Origin: Eledone cirrhosa
Taxonomy: Eukaryota
Direction: 5' to 3'
NCBI GenBank assembly: GCA_964016885.1
Contig: OZ024742.1
Location: 352,160,001 to 352,224,000, forward strand
Length of the DNA stretch: 64,000 nucleotides
The notes below the pieces were generated by a model. That model ran no database searches and was not told where the DNA came from. It worked only from the letters and a program-made list of their open reading frames with translations. A program made the translations under genes and the position numbers. Of the stretch, positions 16,004-31,000 are shown piece after piece. The stretch's first letter is position 1. The number at the start of each line of letters is the position of its first letter.

Positions 16004-19000
16004 ATGTTCTGTTGTCTACGAAAAACGCCAACATCTCGTCAACTACACTTCATAAAAGAATGTGCCTCATGCCGAGTTTACACCAACACCATCAATACCG
16101 ATGTAAGAAGATTACAATTTACAAAAAAGCAAGCAAATAGGCTAAATCGAACACTAATTCTAAACATCAAAAAATAAGTTTTACAGTGAATTAAGTCATC
16201 AAGAAAACCATAAGCGTAACCTAATACAAGAAATAACTAAGATCACACACCAAGAGAAATATTAGTATATATAAACATTATACGTGACGGAGAAAAGTAC
16301 ATCGTCCAGGAGTGCAACACACACTTTAACAAGACATTGAATTGGCTCAAACAGATGAAACAAACCAAGAAACTTCAGATAATAGAGATAAATATCCAAA
16401 CAAGCTTGATGGTATAAACTTGGCAGACATCTCATTAACGGATGAATTCAACAACAAATATATACGGCAACACTACAATCAACTCTGATGAATTATCGAT
16501 ATTACAGCTACCACTTAAATATGCCACATATAATAAGGTAAATATGAAAAGATGCTTGTCAGAAATAGGAAAATCATTTACAAAATTACGTTGGAACGCA
16601 AAAAAACAACAACAAAAGCAAAAGCAAAAGTAACAACATACGCGCACACGCACACACATACAACACACATCCCAACAACAACAGAAACGCATAAACAAAC
16701 AACGATAACAACACACACATCAACAATAATAACATACTAAGAGACAACAACAACAGACACACAGACACAAACAACAATAACAACAACAACGCACACAACA
16801 ATAATAGATTAGATAACAAAATAGAGTAGATAATAATAATGAGCCAGAGGAAAGAGATAGGAGTAATAATGAGAGACATAGAAACAACCATGAGGCTGTT
16901 GGTGGAAATAGAATTAGAAACAACACAACAAACAATAACAATAGCAATAGTACACATAAATAGCAGCCTGGAATTCTACTTTTTATACTCATTCCGATAT
17001 GTCCTTCGATCTACGACGAGTCTCCACCATGACATTAGCTTTTAACAAACGCACGCAATTGCCGTCGCAGGTCGATGAACAAACAGAATCACAATTTAGT
17101 ATAGCTAGATCTAAACTTAGAAATATTATAGAACAGTATAGCACGAAGAAAAATAGAATGGAGGCTCAGAAACTGGGAGAAAAATCTGCAAATGAATTGT
17201 GTAATCTCATGCAGCGCTCGCGTAATGGAGAGATTGCATGCTTTCCAACAGACAATCTGGCACCATGTCGGTTGACAGTCTGTCAAACTACATCCAGGCA
17301 ATGCAACCCCACATTACTAACACAAGAGAAGTAACATCGCAAGAGCATGAGGATAGGGAGAAAACCACCAATGCCCATATGATGATGTGGACAAACATAA
17401 TGCAGCCCAATAAAAGGACTGCCAACAACTTCCAGGCCTGGAACTATGAGGTGCGAACGTTGTATGGGCTTGGGAAAGACCATAACACGAAGAGTGCCCC
17501 TGTCACAGGACCACCAACACGGCCAGTCCGTCGAGCTCACATTGCTAGTGACAACGGAATTTCCTACTTCCTCTCTCTGATCATACGCCCCATCATTGAA
17601 ATGTCCCCAGATATATGTGACAACACGGAGGACCTCCTCAGCAGAATCAGAGAAAATAACCGATCTAGTGACCTAACAGACTGTATAATAGGTAGTATGG
17701 ATATTGTGTCCCTGTATCCACCCATTGACGTGGATTTTGCCGTGGAGAAATGCGTAGAAATGATCACTGAGAGCAATGTTGTATTCCGTGGGATTGATAC
17801 CAGTGAGCTGGGACTCCTACTTAAACTTACCTATAGTAATGATTATCTAGATATGTATGACCTTAGCAACCTGTGCCCTACAAGACCAGCAAGAGGCAGA
17901 CCACCTACCCTTACCTCAATGTCCAAGAAAACCCACACGGAAAGATGGAACGGGTGGAACAGAGCCATACGGACCCCCGAAAACTACGATGAATTAAAGA
18001 AAATGATTGCACATGCGGTGGGGGCCAGTATAAAACTAACCATTAAGGAACATATGTTCAAATTTAATGGAAAGAAATATGCCTAAGAGGAGGGAGCAGC
18101 CATTGGTGTTAGCATTGCAGGTGACATAACTGACCTATTAATGGTATGGTAGGACCATAAACTTAAACTTAAACTTTAGAATACAGCAACCTCTTAGAAT
18201 ACAGCAATCTCTTAACCCTGATAATGTACTCACGCTGCGTTGATGATATAAACATCGTAGTAAAAACACCCCACTAGAGAACAGTCGGGAATTAGAGAAA
18301 AACACCATGGAATGGATCCAGCAAATAGCTAACTCCATCCACCAGAGTATTAGTGTTACTATAGACTACCCAAGCAAACACCCCAATCATTGATTACCTG
18401 TACTAGACAGAGCTCTGGTTAGAAACCATTAATAACAAAGAACAAATCTTCCATTGCCATTATGCCAAACCCATGACTTCTAAATATCTGATCCACCGAA
18501 ACTCACCTGATTCGGATCACAGCAATATCAACATACTGACTGCGGATTTAGTACGGGTGATAAGAAACGTGTCCTGCATGTGCAACCCCAAAGAACTAGA
18601 GAGACACATACAACACTTCATCCACCGTATGAAGTTCTCTGGTTACAATTAGAGAGATAAAATCAGAGTATATAGAGGAGCCAGAACCAAATGGGAAAAA
18701 ATGGTAAATAATGATACAAACGGGACCTGCCCCTTGTATACGAGCAACATTTGGAATATAATAGAAAGAACTAGGTAAAAGGTTAAAAGAATAAACTCAT
18801 GGTATGATAGCAATAAATACCAGAGTGTAATGTTCATCAATACAACCCCTAGAGGTGAATCAGCTTACACATTTAGAAGGGCCCTAGATAAAGTTAATCT
18901 TAATATTAAGATAGTAGAAATATCAAGTACCTCAATAAGTAACACTTATTAGTAATACATACCCTTTTCAAAGACCTCCCTGTATAGATAAGAAATGCAT

Positions 19001-19340
19001 AATCTGTAAACTAAACCAACATATTAACTGTAAAAGTAGAAATGTAGTATATAGCATAAGATGTACTGAAGGACGATGTAAAGATAAGAATATAGTGTAC
19101 ATAGGTGAGACAGCTCGTAGTATAGGAGAACGGTTAAATGAACACCGGCGAGAATTTCAAATAGAAATGAATCATCAATACTCCACCAACACGCTAAAAT
19201 AGAACATAAGGGCAAATAAGAGAACATAAAAATAAAAATAGAATCTACACACAGAAAAGACATAATGTTTACACAAATAACAGAGGCAATAAACATAAAT
19301 GAACTCAACCAAAATTAAATAGAAAACATGAATGGAATAG
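16004..19340 (+). pseudogene. PLE reverse transcriptase + GIY-YIG endonuclease pseudogene; longest open piece 17238-18086
   Basis: LYGLGKDH..GPPTRPV, IIGSMDIVSLYP, FKFNGKKYA*EEGAAIG, DYPSKHPN..LPVLD, HYAKPM and YIGETARSIGER motifs, with many stops and frameshifts. Start coordinate is approximate. Confidence 0.85.
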
Positions 19341-19552
19341 CAACATCACAACTTACAATTAAGAACAAAATGAAAACACACACATAGAACAAACAACCAA
19401 CCAGTAACATATAAATAAATAAATAAACAAATGCAATCACACACAGACACTCGGATGTAACACATGCGCAAACTAAGCGCACAACTCAGACACAAACAAA
19501 ATGGCATAGGACAGAACAAAGGAGAGGCACAAAACAAAGAAAATAATCCCCA

Positions 19553-19595
19553 GTCACTGAAGAGGGCACATAATGTGTGACGAAATAACTTTGAC
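19553..19595 (+). ncRNA. Minimal hammerhead in 3' pLTR (partly decayed)
   Basis: gtca CTGAAGA gggcacat aat gtgtgac GAAA taac TT tgac. Confidence 0.65.
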
Positions 19596-19801
19596 AATAT
19601 ATGAACAACCGTCCGGTTGTGGTTCGAACCAACCAACCGGAAATTTATAAATTCTTATATTTATAAATTTAATTTATGATAAATTGGAGTGAAGCAACTG
19701 GTGTGTGTACTTCTTATTGGCAATATGACACTCCCAAAGTATAACAATATATATATATATATCTGGAGGGCACTCCGTTGGTTACGTACAAACATACATG
19801 A

Positions 19802-19994
<193 letters not shown>

Positions 19995-19997
19995 TAT

Positions 19998-22890
19998 ATG
20001 TATTGAAGCTTCCGTTGAAAATTGAAAAAGTCATACGAGTGAAGACTGCTCTATGTAAGTACCAGCGATAAATTTAATGTATCATAAACAATACAATATA
20101 ATTACCTCATTACCAGAGCTTTCCCGAATGAGACGAATACGAAAAAAGTGTGAGCATGTGTGTTTTTATATCTATATTTATACGAGTGTGTGTATGTGGG
20201 TGAACGTATGTGTATAAGTATGTATATAAATATGTATATCTATATGTATGTATGTGTGTGTATGCATATGTGTATATATATAGTCGCGTACGTACGTGTG
20301 CTTAGATATAGGTGTGCCGATATATGTATATATATATGAGTGCTTCGTGTGTATGTATGTACGTATGCATGCGCTTTTGCCTGAACGTATTCATGTATAT
20401 ATATTTATATATGTATATGTGCGTACGTGCGAACCTATGTTTGTTTTCTTTTGCTCTAGTGTTAATTTATAATTGATAATCCCTCCCTCTTACTTTCTCT
20501 TTGATTTAAACCAATTTTTTTTCTTTCTCATATATTGTTTCATGTTTATATGTATCGAATATGACACTCTTTTTGACAAATACACTCACTTCCTTTTTTA
20601 TCTTCCGCATATAAATGATCGCGCGTGTGTGTTTATACGCGTGCTTTTATACTTGTATGTGTATATTTTTAATACCTAAATCTGGATGTACATTATTTTT
20701 CAACTTATTTTACATACGTATTGGTCACACATACAATATTATGCTTGCCCTCATATACGTACTTACGCACACACACACATATTCACTAGACACATGCATT
20801 TGTACATACACACATATGTACATTTGTCAGTGAATATATACACATTTATACACTTACCCTAACTATATTTTCTTATTTTTATTTATCTCTTGCTTTATAC
20901 ATTTTTTTGCCCGTTAAACACTTGCCTTTCTTGGGGAGATTTTTCAACTATTTCACTATGTTTTAAATTGCCTTGTCCGATGAACGAATGAGGACGTTTT
21001 TCGTATTCGTCTTATTCCGGAAACCTCTGGTAATGAGGTAATTATATTGTATTGTTTATTATACATTAAATTTAGCTCTGGTACTTACATAGAGCACTCT
21101 TCACTCCTATGACTTTTTTCAATTTTCGACGGAAACTTCAATACTTATACAGCTCCCAAGGGAATGATCGTAGCATATTCTACATTTCTATGAGATTGGC
21201 ACCTTCCAGCCCTTTTAAAGTCGAGCACTCTTCAGTCAATAGGATTTTAAACCAATACTGAAAATGGATAAATATCCTTTGGATTACTCTATCAAGAATA
21301 TCCCAACACCTTCTAACACTTACTACACGAAAATGATGAGAGACAAAATAGAGAAAGTTGTTAAAAGAATGAGATCGAAAGTGTTGATTCTCGATGGATA
21401 CTTTAAGACGGAATATACGGAAAATTTGAATATCAAAACTCATAAATACCTGCAAAGATAAAAGATATGACCGCTTTTGAACTAGACTAGTTAAATTAAT
21501 CAACAATATCAAATTTCGTAAGTACTTTTCAATCTAAATTATCTAATGATATTTCAATATTCAAATCTTCTAAAAATAAGTTAATTTTCTCCGAGAAAAC
21601 TAACAACTTATACGAAGTTAATAATAATTTACATGACCAACTCTTAATAGATAACATCACCTCTAAATACCAAATAGCTAATATAAACACGTATAATAAT
21701 ATAAATAAGGAAGCTAAAGAATTAGCTAGCTCTTTAAAAATAGATAATAGGACAGAAAAACTTGCTAAAGTTAATGCCTATATCACCCTCAACGATCACA
21801 AACCTGACTTTATTAATCGTCCTAGTTGTAGATTAATCAACCCTGCTAAGACTGATATTGGTCTTGCTAGCAAAATAATTTTAAATAATATAAACACACA
21901 GATTAGAAGTAAGTCTGAATTACTCCAATGAATAAATAGCTCTTCCGTCGTATATTGGTTTAGTAATATTAAAGATAAAAATAGTTCTAGATTCACCCAA
22001 TTTGACGTTGTAGATTTCTACACGTCTATTACTCAGCCTATTCCTCCTACACATACTAAAAGAAAAGTTCCCTAACCATATTTTGGGGCTTTATCGCGAC
22101 GATTGTCTAATACTTTCCCATGCCACCATAGGCCATAACTTAGATAGATTAAGGAAAGTCTTAATAAAAAGCTTCGCTAGTTTTAATCTTAAAATTACTA
22201 TTGACACTAACCTTTCCAATGTTAATTTTCCAAATATAAACGTAGATCTGCCTACTGCTTCTCATAAACCGTACCATAAACCTAATGAACATTTAAAATA
22301 TATAAATAAAGGCTCTTGCCATCCTCCTATAGTTTTTAAAAACCTTAGCCCTAATATTAGCCGTAGGATCTCCACCCTCTCTTCCTCAGAATTTATTTTC
22401 AATAAGGCATCCCCCCACTATAATAAATCCCTTCAAAATAGCGGATTTAGCGAACCAATTAAGTACATACCCAACAATACTAACTCCTTTAAATATAATA
22501 ATAGGATAATAAATATAATCTGATTCACACACCCCTACTCTCTAGCAGTTAAAACTAATATAGGCAAACAATTCCTAGAGCTCTTAGATAAACATTTCCC
22601 TAGAACACATAGATACTATCAGATCTTCAATAGAAACTGTGTCAAAATTAGCTACTCGTGCGTTCCCCCATTAAATCTTATATCATCAATAAGAAAACAC
22701 CCAGAGAACATCAAAATTGCTCCTGTAGAGTCAAACGTGAACGCCCATTACAAGGTAAATGCAACACCAAAGCCATTGTATATGCGGCTGAAGTGACAAC
22801 CATCAGCAACAACCTACCAGCCACCAGCGAACGATATGTGGGTATGACACAAGACAAATTCAAAACGCGTTATTACTCACATGTCGCATC
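19998..22890 (+). mobile_element. Decayed Naiad PLE (second family) with 5' pLTR and upstream inverted partial pLTR (20000-20147 = reverse complement of 20997-21143)
   Basis: ORF relic 21264-22890: YSIKNIPTPS, DHKPDF..CRLINPAKTDIG, QFDVVDFYTSI, GLYRDD, PYHKPN, CSCRVKRERPLQGKC..IVY..YVGMT..FKTRYYSH. Stops, frameshifts and an internal RT deletion. Confidence 0.9.
20968..21041 (+). ncRNA. Type I hammerhead in 5' pLTR (core variant CCGAUGA)
   Basis: ttgccttgt CCGATGA acgaatgaggacg..cgtcttattccg GAAA cctctgg TA atgaggtaa: 9-bp stem I with G-U pairs and a long stem II. One core mismatch may inactivate it. Confidence 0.7.
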
Positions 22891-22899
22891 TTTATATAT

Positions 22900-23845
22900 A
22901 TATCTTTATCTTGTATATCCATACAATTTGATTCCACTTATGTATAGTGATTATCCCAATGATTCCTGACAGATAGGAATATAATTAACAGCCATAAATA
23001 CATAACAGGTAATCTTATAAAACTTATATAAAAAATGTTGTTTAATAACATAAAGTGTGTATAACATAAAATTTCCTTTAATATCTTAACAATTATAACA
23101 TTTTTAAGATTCCTATATCTTAAATTAAATTAAAGAATCCTTTATGCTTTGTGTGTATATATTATATACGTAGTTAGATATGTTATGTATTTTATAAGTG
23201 TGTTTATATATTTATATGTATTTTTGCGTGTGTATATGATATGTAGTTCTCTAGCAATATATGGATTTCTTAATGTATAGATCCCAATTTTTAATATATT
23301 GATCTCAATTTGTAAATGATTAACTAAACATCTAATCATATTTAAACAATGATTAATTTCTCATATTATATATGTATATTCCAGTCATGATTATTAACAT
23401 TTCTAATTTTATTTATTCATTTCATCTGAATTGTTAAGTTAACTCAACAAGATATGGCTTAGAGTTTTCGTTCTCTCCCCTCCTCTCTGTCTCCTCTCTC
23501 TCTATATATCTTTCTCTCTCTGTTGTTTTGGTCTCTCTCTCTCATTTCTCTCTTTCTCTCGTTTTCTCTCTTTCCTTCTTTTTCTTTCTGTGTAACCCAA
23601 CGGCTTATTTTTAAAATAAAAATATCCAATACTAATAATAATATAAGTAAACCAGTCCACTATCCGGGAGCTTCCAACAGTAATAGTTGCATCTTTTAAG
23701 TGTATGTCAATATTTATTTATAAAACAGATCTATATTATATTTGTCTGATGAAAGCACACCATAATTTAACTTGATGTCCTTGAAATATATATAAGGAAT
23801 TAAATATGGTTTTATAAATATAGTTTCCATTTGTTAATATCGTAT
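22900..23845 (+). mobile_element. Naiad-type 3' UTR/pLTR with decayed hammerhead at 23738-23802
   Basis: gtCTGATGAaagcacacc...gtccttGAAAtatatata...aaatatggttttataaatatagtttcc matches the pLTR at 6085-6175 and 52495-52587. Confidence 0.75.
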
Positions 23846-24449
23846 ATATATATACATATTTCTATAGAAACATTTTCTTCGTCCATCTGCAAATACTTCT
23901 TTTCCTCTCTTCTCTTCACACTATAGTGACAATCTCGAAAATGTTTTATGGTTTAATCATAATAGAGTTTGACAACTGATAATACAATTGAAGGTGAAAT
24001 ATTAAGTTATATTCCTATATATCTCTCAACACATTACATCATCGTAAACATGGAGAAAGCCAAATATTTGCCACTGGATTTATATATTCCAGGTTGTGTT
24101 TAGAGAATGTATGTAAACATTACTTTGCTATAAATCAGAAACAAATACACAATGAACCATACTTGCTGTTATAGATCTTGTTTATGATTTCGGATCAATA
24201 TCAGTGACGTAGTTATTAGGGAGGGGATATATTGTTAGGTTAAGTTGGGGATTGATATCCCGATGATGACGCATGGGGCACTGTTATGACATACGGGGTG
24301 TTCCCACATTTTAAACCTGGTGGAGTCATCTCCCGAAACACAGCCTCTTCCTTCCAGAGAAGGAGAAAGGTTAAGAATCCCCCACAGTTCTTGACTCTTA
24401 AATTATTCATTGATTTTAATAGGAGGTAAAAACAAATTTCGTCAATTCT

Positions 24450-25450
24450 ATATTTCGATGCAGAGTTAGGGTTCTGAATAAACTAAGATACATTTTTAAT
24501 GTGACGCGCTAACTCTTGAGCGAGTTTGTGACCCTCTTTTGCAGTCACAACTGGGAAGTAATTCATAGTATGTTCTCAATCAATGGTGATCAGTTGATAT
24601 TTCAGCGCCTCTCATAATATTCAGCACATAATCAACGAGATCAGAGACAATAAAAAGAAATCTATTATTGATCTGACCCCGTGTTTCCATATACCATTTC
24701 AGTTTTTGAAGTCTTTGGGATTGAATAACGTGTTCATAACAGAAAGCACATTACTAGAACGGATGTTTACTAAGGCCTCTCCAATTGGATTTGCATCGGG
24801 ATCCTCGTTCCTTCCAATCACTCGTTTCCATGCCAGGTTGTCAGTGCCAACATGTGCACTGAATCTCCGATTAGGATATATGACTCAGTCTTAACTACAA
24901 CCAAATCTTTAGTGACTTACTCAAGTAAGGTTCTATGTTCGGACTCACTGTTTGGCACGTGCATTTGTATCATATTTCCTTCGTAATTGCATGTGAAAAT
25001 CTTTGGTTAGTTAACATTTTAATCATTCCAGAAAAACACTTGTACTGTGTCCTGCGACCTGGTCAAAATTCAATCAGGGTGCTCAATAGCTTGATCACAA
25101 CACCCCCGATGACTCGTAAAGGATATACCGTCAGTGTCTGCGATGCCATTGCGAACGGCCAGGTCAATATATATTATACAACAGATAAGAGCAATTGGAT
25201 CACCCTGAATAATTGTAAACATGTTACATAATCCTTCATGTGAAAGGGCAACAGCTGTAGTTTCCTCAGATATTACAAGAATAGTTGCAACTACATCTGT
25301 ACATCTGGAGGAATTCAATAAACTTCAAGAATTGGGAAATGTTGGTACGACAACGGAATCAAAGGTATTGTTGATACAGTTAGGGATGTTAGGGACAGTT
25401 CACAAGCAAGCCTCAATAGGTTTCCCAAGTGGTCAGTGATTAAACTAGAA
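24450..25450 (-). pseudogene. Possible very decayed Gypsy-like pol (RNase H/integrase) relic
   Basis: Weak minus-strand motifs in the expected order: ETTAVALSHEGL...GDPIAL (RNase H-like), a C-x-C, AWKRV (PWxRV-like) and EMVYGNTG (IVSDNG-like). No intact ORF. Confidence 0.35.
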
Positions 25451-26229
25451 GCACTATCAAATCAAGGTTGTCTGACAAGGAGGGTCATTTTGTACACACA
25501 ACAGGATGAAAAACAAAACCTGACAAAGTTCGAAGGAGCTGAACGTTTATCCAGTAGTATATACATATCTATATATTGTGTCTGTGTAAATATGTACATG
25601 ATAATTTAAGTTCATACAGAGCTCTAGTTCGTTTCACTGGTTGACATTGGATGGTATTTTGTGACGGCCCCTTGTGTTCCAATGTCTGTTCATCATGTCA
25701 CTCAGCGAACAGATGAAGTGTAATATATGTTCATTCAAACCGAGCACCTATCCTCTCTCCGTTCGAAGAAAGACCTGTGCAGTAAAGAGCAGAAACATAC
25801 ATGGTGTAACACTAATACGCCACCAATGTGATACTCTAGCAGAAGTTGGATCAAGATGTATAAAGCTTGAACAAAATCCTACATTTCTCGGTTGTAGTAC
25901 GCACTATTTAATGTTGTGACCATCACAGTACTTAAATGAGCTTGTCACTGTGAATACCAGTGGCTTTTCATATGGTCGAGTATGAATTCTGCAATGGTTT
26001 GGTAAATCTGCTTTAGTTAGCGTAGAAATCTCTGTTCACCAAATGTAGCAGGATTCAATCCCTTGGTTAGCAACCCTTCAAATGATCAGATGATGCTACA
26101 TCAGCATTAGATGGCGATCATCTCTTCAACGCAATAAGGCGGCGATGTTCTGAACCTCGACCAAAGGAAGACCTATGTAGAACAGGAGTCTCTTCAAATT
26201 GGCTACTGCAAATTTCTGAACCAGACTAT

Positions 26230-26800
26230 CCAATTGTTTATGAGGTGAACTTGACAAAATGATGCAAGATTACACAATATGAATTGCTTGCGTCCATGTA
26301 TGTAGTTAATCAGAGCATAATATTGAAAGCCTTCTGTCGAACAAGTCTGTCTACAATATCTGCTGTTTGGAACAATCGGGGAACTTCTATATGTTGGTGT
26401 AGATCGTGCTGTTAAAACTAAACTGTTACTTTATTGTCCACCAGGAAAGTTGAAACCGTCTTGTGGCAACCGTTAAGAGAAATCCGAAAATAACTGTGAT
26501 TTCTTGTTATCCTCCTTACATTAACATGACTGAAGATTTTATAAATTTCTGTTAATGTTTGAGCAGAAACATTGATGAAATTTCACCACACACTATGCTA
26601 CTTGTTGGGAAAATATGAATGCTATATTGGGCAATGTCTTCTTTTTTCACTGGTGAAACATCAGGATTAGCCATGAAGATATTCTGGACATACATATCTG
26701 CAAGATAGATTTCGTCATTTATCGTAAATGTTGGCATAAGAGCATTAGAGTCTAGCAAGTCAACATTATAGTATTGTTATAGAAACAACAAATTCCAGCG
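26230..26800 (+). pseudogene. Decayed AP-endonuclease fragment of an RTE-like LINE
   Basis: NPKITVISCYPP (~26481-26516), then EDF, LSRNIDEISPHTMLLVG and (frameshift) MNAILG, matching the YAP and GDFNA motifs of LINE endonucleases. Confidence 0.6.
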
Positions 26801-27711
26801 TTCGTGGTCCAAAACCTTATGAACTTAAATATATTCAATATTTAGGGGATTAGATTCCCTATCAAAATAAACGTAATTGATGTTGGTATTGGTTGTAGCA
26901 TGTTTTTCCTCCATGAAGCAACCGAATCTGATTTGCTGTAAAAATATAAAGGGTTGCAAATAATTGATTGGTAACTTATACACATTTTAGTTGGTCTCCG
27001 AGACACACTAATTAATCATTTTATCTAATATAAACGTATAGAAGCCAACATCGACATTGGTTGGGAACTGAACACCGATCGTGGAAAGGCAGTTAAATAC
27101 GAGACGGGATGCCTATGCTGTTCTGCCAACATTGTTGCTTCATTTTTCTTCTTAATCGAAAAGTGACTTGGTCTCCATAGCTCCGAAATCTGATAAAACA
27201 TATGAACATCGAATTATCGCATTAATGTCAAGATTTAGGATTTGTTTTGACAATAATATCATGAGATTATAAACAAGTCGATGTCAATGATATTGATAGG
27301 ACACATTTGGATATTCATATCCGTTAGGAACTATGTCGTTCGTCAGATAATTAAACAAAAAAAAAAGAAACAATCCTTCAAAAGAATGTCTATATACAAA
27401 AAACAAAACAGTAAAATTGATATTGGTTATTAATTCCAATAGTATTATTGGGAAGGTTTATTCTAGACTAAACAAAAGAGTCAACGAAATAATCGATATG
27501 TTGTTGTCAATTGTCCCACTTGGTTTTGATATATCTTATGTTATTCTTTTATATATTGATCTGGAGCAGCTTTTGGAATAGTTGTAGGCTTCAATTTCCA
27601 AATAAATTCTTCAGCAGCTAATACGAAATATTTTAAAGACAGCAACTGAAATATTTATAATGATTTCTCACTAAAAACCTACATCGCATTATGGGAAGAA
27701 CTTATCCTATT

Positions 27712-27889
<178 letters not shown>

Positions 27890-28310
27890 CACACATTTAT
27901 TTATGCACAAATAGACACACACTCAATGAATATATATATAGATATATATGAGTGGGGGGGATGTATGTCTGTGTGCGTGTGTGTTTGTGAATGTGTGTGT
28001 TTGTGTGTGTCTCTCATTTGTGTGTGTGTATGTGCCCGAGCGAGTATATATGTTTGTTTATGTGTATATATAAATAGTTTGACTTTTCTGCATTATCTAA
28101 GTGTTCCTAGGACGTAGCTATGAGCTGTATCAATTCCCCCGAAAAACATATACACAAACGAACGCATCTGCCTGTACTCACGCCAGAGAAGACAGGAATA
28201 TGCACTCATTGTGATAGTAGTGACACACGCTCAAATAAATCTACCTCTGTTAAAACAGTCAGTGTAGTGATATTAGTTACTGTGTTTGATACATCGAGAA
28301 GTCGGTTTAA

Positions 28311-28530
28311 CCCGTCAGCATTTAAACGGGCCGTATCCGGCCATAATTCTTTCACTTCTTTCTGTTCAAACTAGCCATAACTGGCCACTCATACCAATGT
28401 AACGGTATTGTTCTCAACATAAATAATATCAAAATCTCATAGATTCCATATTATGTGGGGTAATTATATAAGATAAAGCCTCAACCACAAAATACAATAG
28501 TAAATATAGATTAATGTAAATGCTAAAGGG
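28311..28530. mobile_element. piggyBac-type MITE (~220 bp)
   Basis: TTAA|CCCGTCAGCATTTA ... TAAATGCTAAAGGG|TTAT: imperfect 14-bp TIRs beginning CCC, with a TTAA-like target site. Confidence 0.75.
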
Positions 28531-29564
28531 TTATATATATCATATTGTTATAGCATATATAGCACCTCAAATGTTAAACTAAGCAACATCACATCTTCGT
28601 ATCCCATCAGGTCAACAACGTATTTATTTCATAATTCACTTATTTTGTGATCGCATCCGAAAGAGATTTTCACCTTTACATATCACTTAATTGTGTTGCA
28701 AATATAAATAAAAATATCATCAATGCAATAAAAGTTTTACAAAATATCATCCTGCACATTAAATAATAATACATATAGGAATAAAACTAAATACCATCAA
28801 GAGTAACTCATTGTGTTCGGTTGGAAACAATACAACTTTTTAGGAGCAGATTTGATTTAAGTGTATTTGCTAACATTAGCCAAATTGTTAGTTTATTTCG
28901 TTGATTTGCCTTAAGATTTACTGTCGGGTCCCAAATAATAGTAGGAGGTGGGAATAAGCATGAGACTTGGAATATAGGTAGGTTTTCTAAGTTGTCTCCA
29001 TTGATTAAATATAAAACAGTATTACAAGTTTAGTTGACATATTTTATAATGTTTGAATTGTAGTAGTTTTTAATGATGAAGGGAAACAAGTTACAATGTT
29101 TCAACCTTGCCCAATTCTTTTCTACTCCATTGCTATGAATTTAAGTGAATTATGTAACAAGATTACGTTGAACCCAAACATATAATTTTAGATACAGGAA
29201 TCGCAAATGCGAGGTTCTAAAAACCTTCACTAAGTGCAAACCAGTACCTCCCCACGGCCATTGCGGACGGAATGGAGAAGCCGTTTCCCCGTGGGATGAT
29301 AAGGAAGATGCACTGGAAGAACCCCTAAAACTTCCTATTCATTTCACAACGTCTGAAATTTCTAATAAAGTAATTTTATTGTCATGGTTAATGTTTCTTT
29401 TACTGTATAAGGAAAATATATTATCGCAGGAATGCTACCACCTAGAATAACATTTTTCCGGATAGATTATTAAAATTTAGTAACCTGGGAGGGGATGATT
29501 TTTCGAGACCCAAGAGAAATAGCATGTTCAGGTTTTATTTTCAGTTGTCCTGATAATTGTTTCA

Positions 29565-29740
29565 CTTTTGGCACAAGGCCTGTAATTATCTCAGTGTATT
29601 ACTGGTGCTTTATTTTATCGACCCCATAAGGATGAAAGGCAAAATTAACCTCAGCGGGATTTGAACTCAGACCATAAAGGGATTTAACTCTTTGCTGCAA
29701 AGCATGGTGTCAAGTCCTCTACCGAAACTGCCATTCCACC
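29565..29740 (-). mobile_element. tRNA-derived SINE, same family as 8947
   Basis: Reverse complement of head and core: actggtgc..ttttatcgaccccataaggatgaaaggcaaa..gcgggatttgaactcag..ctttgctgcaaagcatgg. Confidence 0.8.
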
Positions 29741-30599
29741 AGTTGTCCTGATAATGTGACATACGTTAAGTGAATTGATACTTCGGTATTTTACTTAAAC
29801 GAGAAAACTCGGAACCTCGCTGAAATATTCCTGTTACGAGTTAATGGTAGGGAAGAAATTGAAATACTTCATTGGAACATATGAAATAGTGTATTAACAT
29901 TAACCTTTAAAGTGGAATAAAAAAATTCATATGAAATTATATTCATAAAAATACTACATGATGTTATTTATTTGGGGGTATACTCAGCCATTGCTGGTCT
30001 CTGAGAACCGTACTCCCTTAATCATTCAATGAAATGTGTGACATGATATGTTATTCTCTAAAATTGGCAAATATTTCGAAATATTTCATAACTTTTAAAA
30101 TGAAATAAACAATTCAAGTGAACGTATTTACACATGTAAAAAATGACAATGTTGATGTTTCACATTTGGCCATAAATTATTTCATTTTGCAGGTGAGACC
30201 TGCCGCTACACCATCTCTACATCCGATGCTGGATAATAAAGGCATTGTTATATTTCTGTTTTACAATTGTCATTACAACGTGAATGAAATATTCCAGAAT
30301 GATAATGGAAATAATGGTAAATTAAAGTTATACATTTTTACAGTTGATAATTATCTTTTAATTCGTGTATACTAAAATATAGTTCATGAATCTATAATTA
30401 TATCTAAATCCATAGAGCATAATTCTGAAAAACCTTTACGACAAGGATATACACTTACATGAAACCTACAACTTCTGATAGACTAAATTCGTTTAGAAAA
30501 TAGATATAAAATGTAGTGTATTATAGTTGTGTAAATGTCATCATAAAATTGCAATCATTAGGTGCTTAGTTTACTAGATGTTAAGAAATAGAATAATTG

Positions 30600-31000
30600 T
30601 TGGATCTTTACTGAAAGATAAAAATATATTCCTGAAAAGAAGAAAAGGAAATACAAAAGACTGAATGAATAGACTAAGGAGACACTGCTAAATTACACAA
30701 AAAATCGATAATGTTACCTTCAGTGAAAATAATTACCAAAATACCATGATGGATTAGATTAAAGTCACATCGGTTGTGTTGGGGTTAGATATTGACAACG
30801 AGAAGTTCATCGATGAAAAATACGGATGAAATACTATTGAATATGTTATCAGAAAAAAAAATCTATCAAATAATCTGAATAGTGGTATAGAGGGCTGGCA
30901 TATCAAATAGTTGCACCTATTGTTAAATATGTCACACACGGGAATATATAGATATTCATTAAATGAATTTAAGAGCACTTTCCCTATTGAAATATCTCTG
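30600..31000 (+). pseudogene. Possible MULE (Mutator-like) transposase relic
   Basis: NNLNSGIEGWHIK*LHLLLNMSHTGIYRY resembles the TNNxxEGWH...HPxI motif. A second weak piece (FLEEKVLILHENESPAEHRIMLL) lies at ~32025-32100. Confidence 0.45.

Larger units (their letters stand above)
14487..19750 (+). mobile_element. Near full-length decayed non-Naiad PLE (Neptune/Poseidon-like) with inverted and direct pLTRs
   Basis: pLTR copies at 14487-14772 (-), 14797-15020 (+), 15465-15605 (-), 15608-15965 (+) and 19440-19750 (+) surround a broken RT/GIY-YIG reading frame. Confidence 0.85.

Noticed and set aside
21925-22525. In-frame TGA codons in a Naiad as possible selenocysteine (some Naiads encode selenoproteins)
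   Set aside because: The TGAs (~21929, 22521) fall at conserved Trp positions (LQW, IIWF), not Cys, in a copy with many other lesions. The intact ORF has no TGA and ordinary Cys codons.
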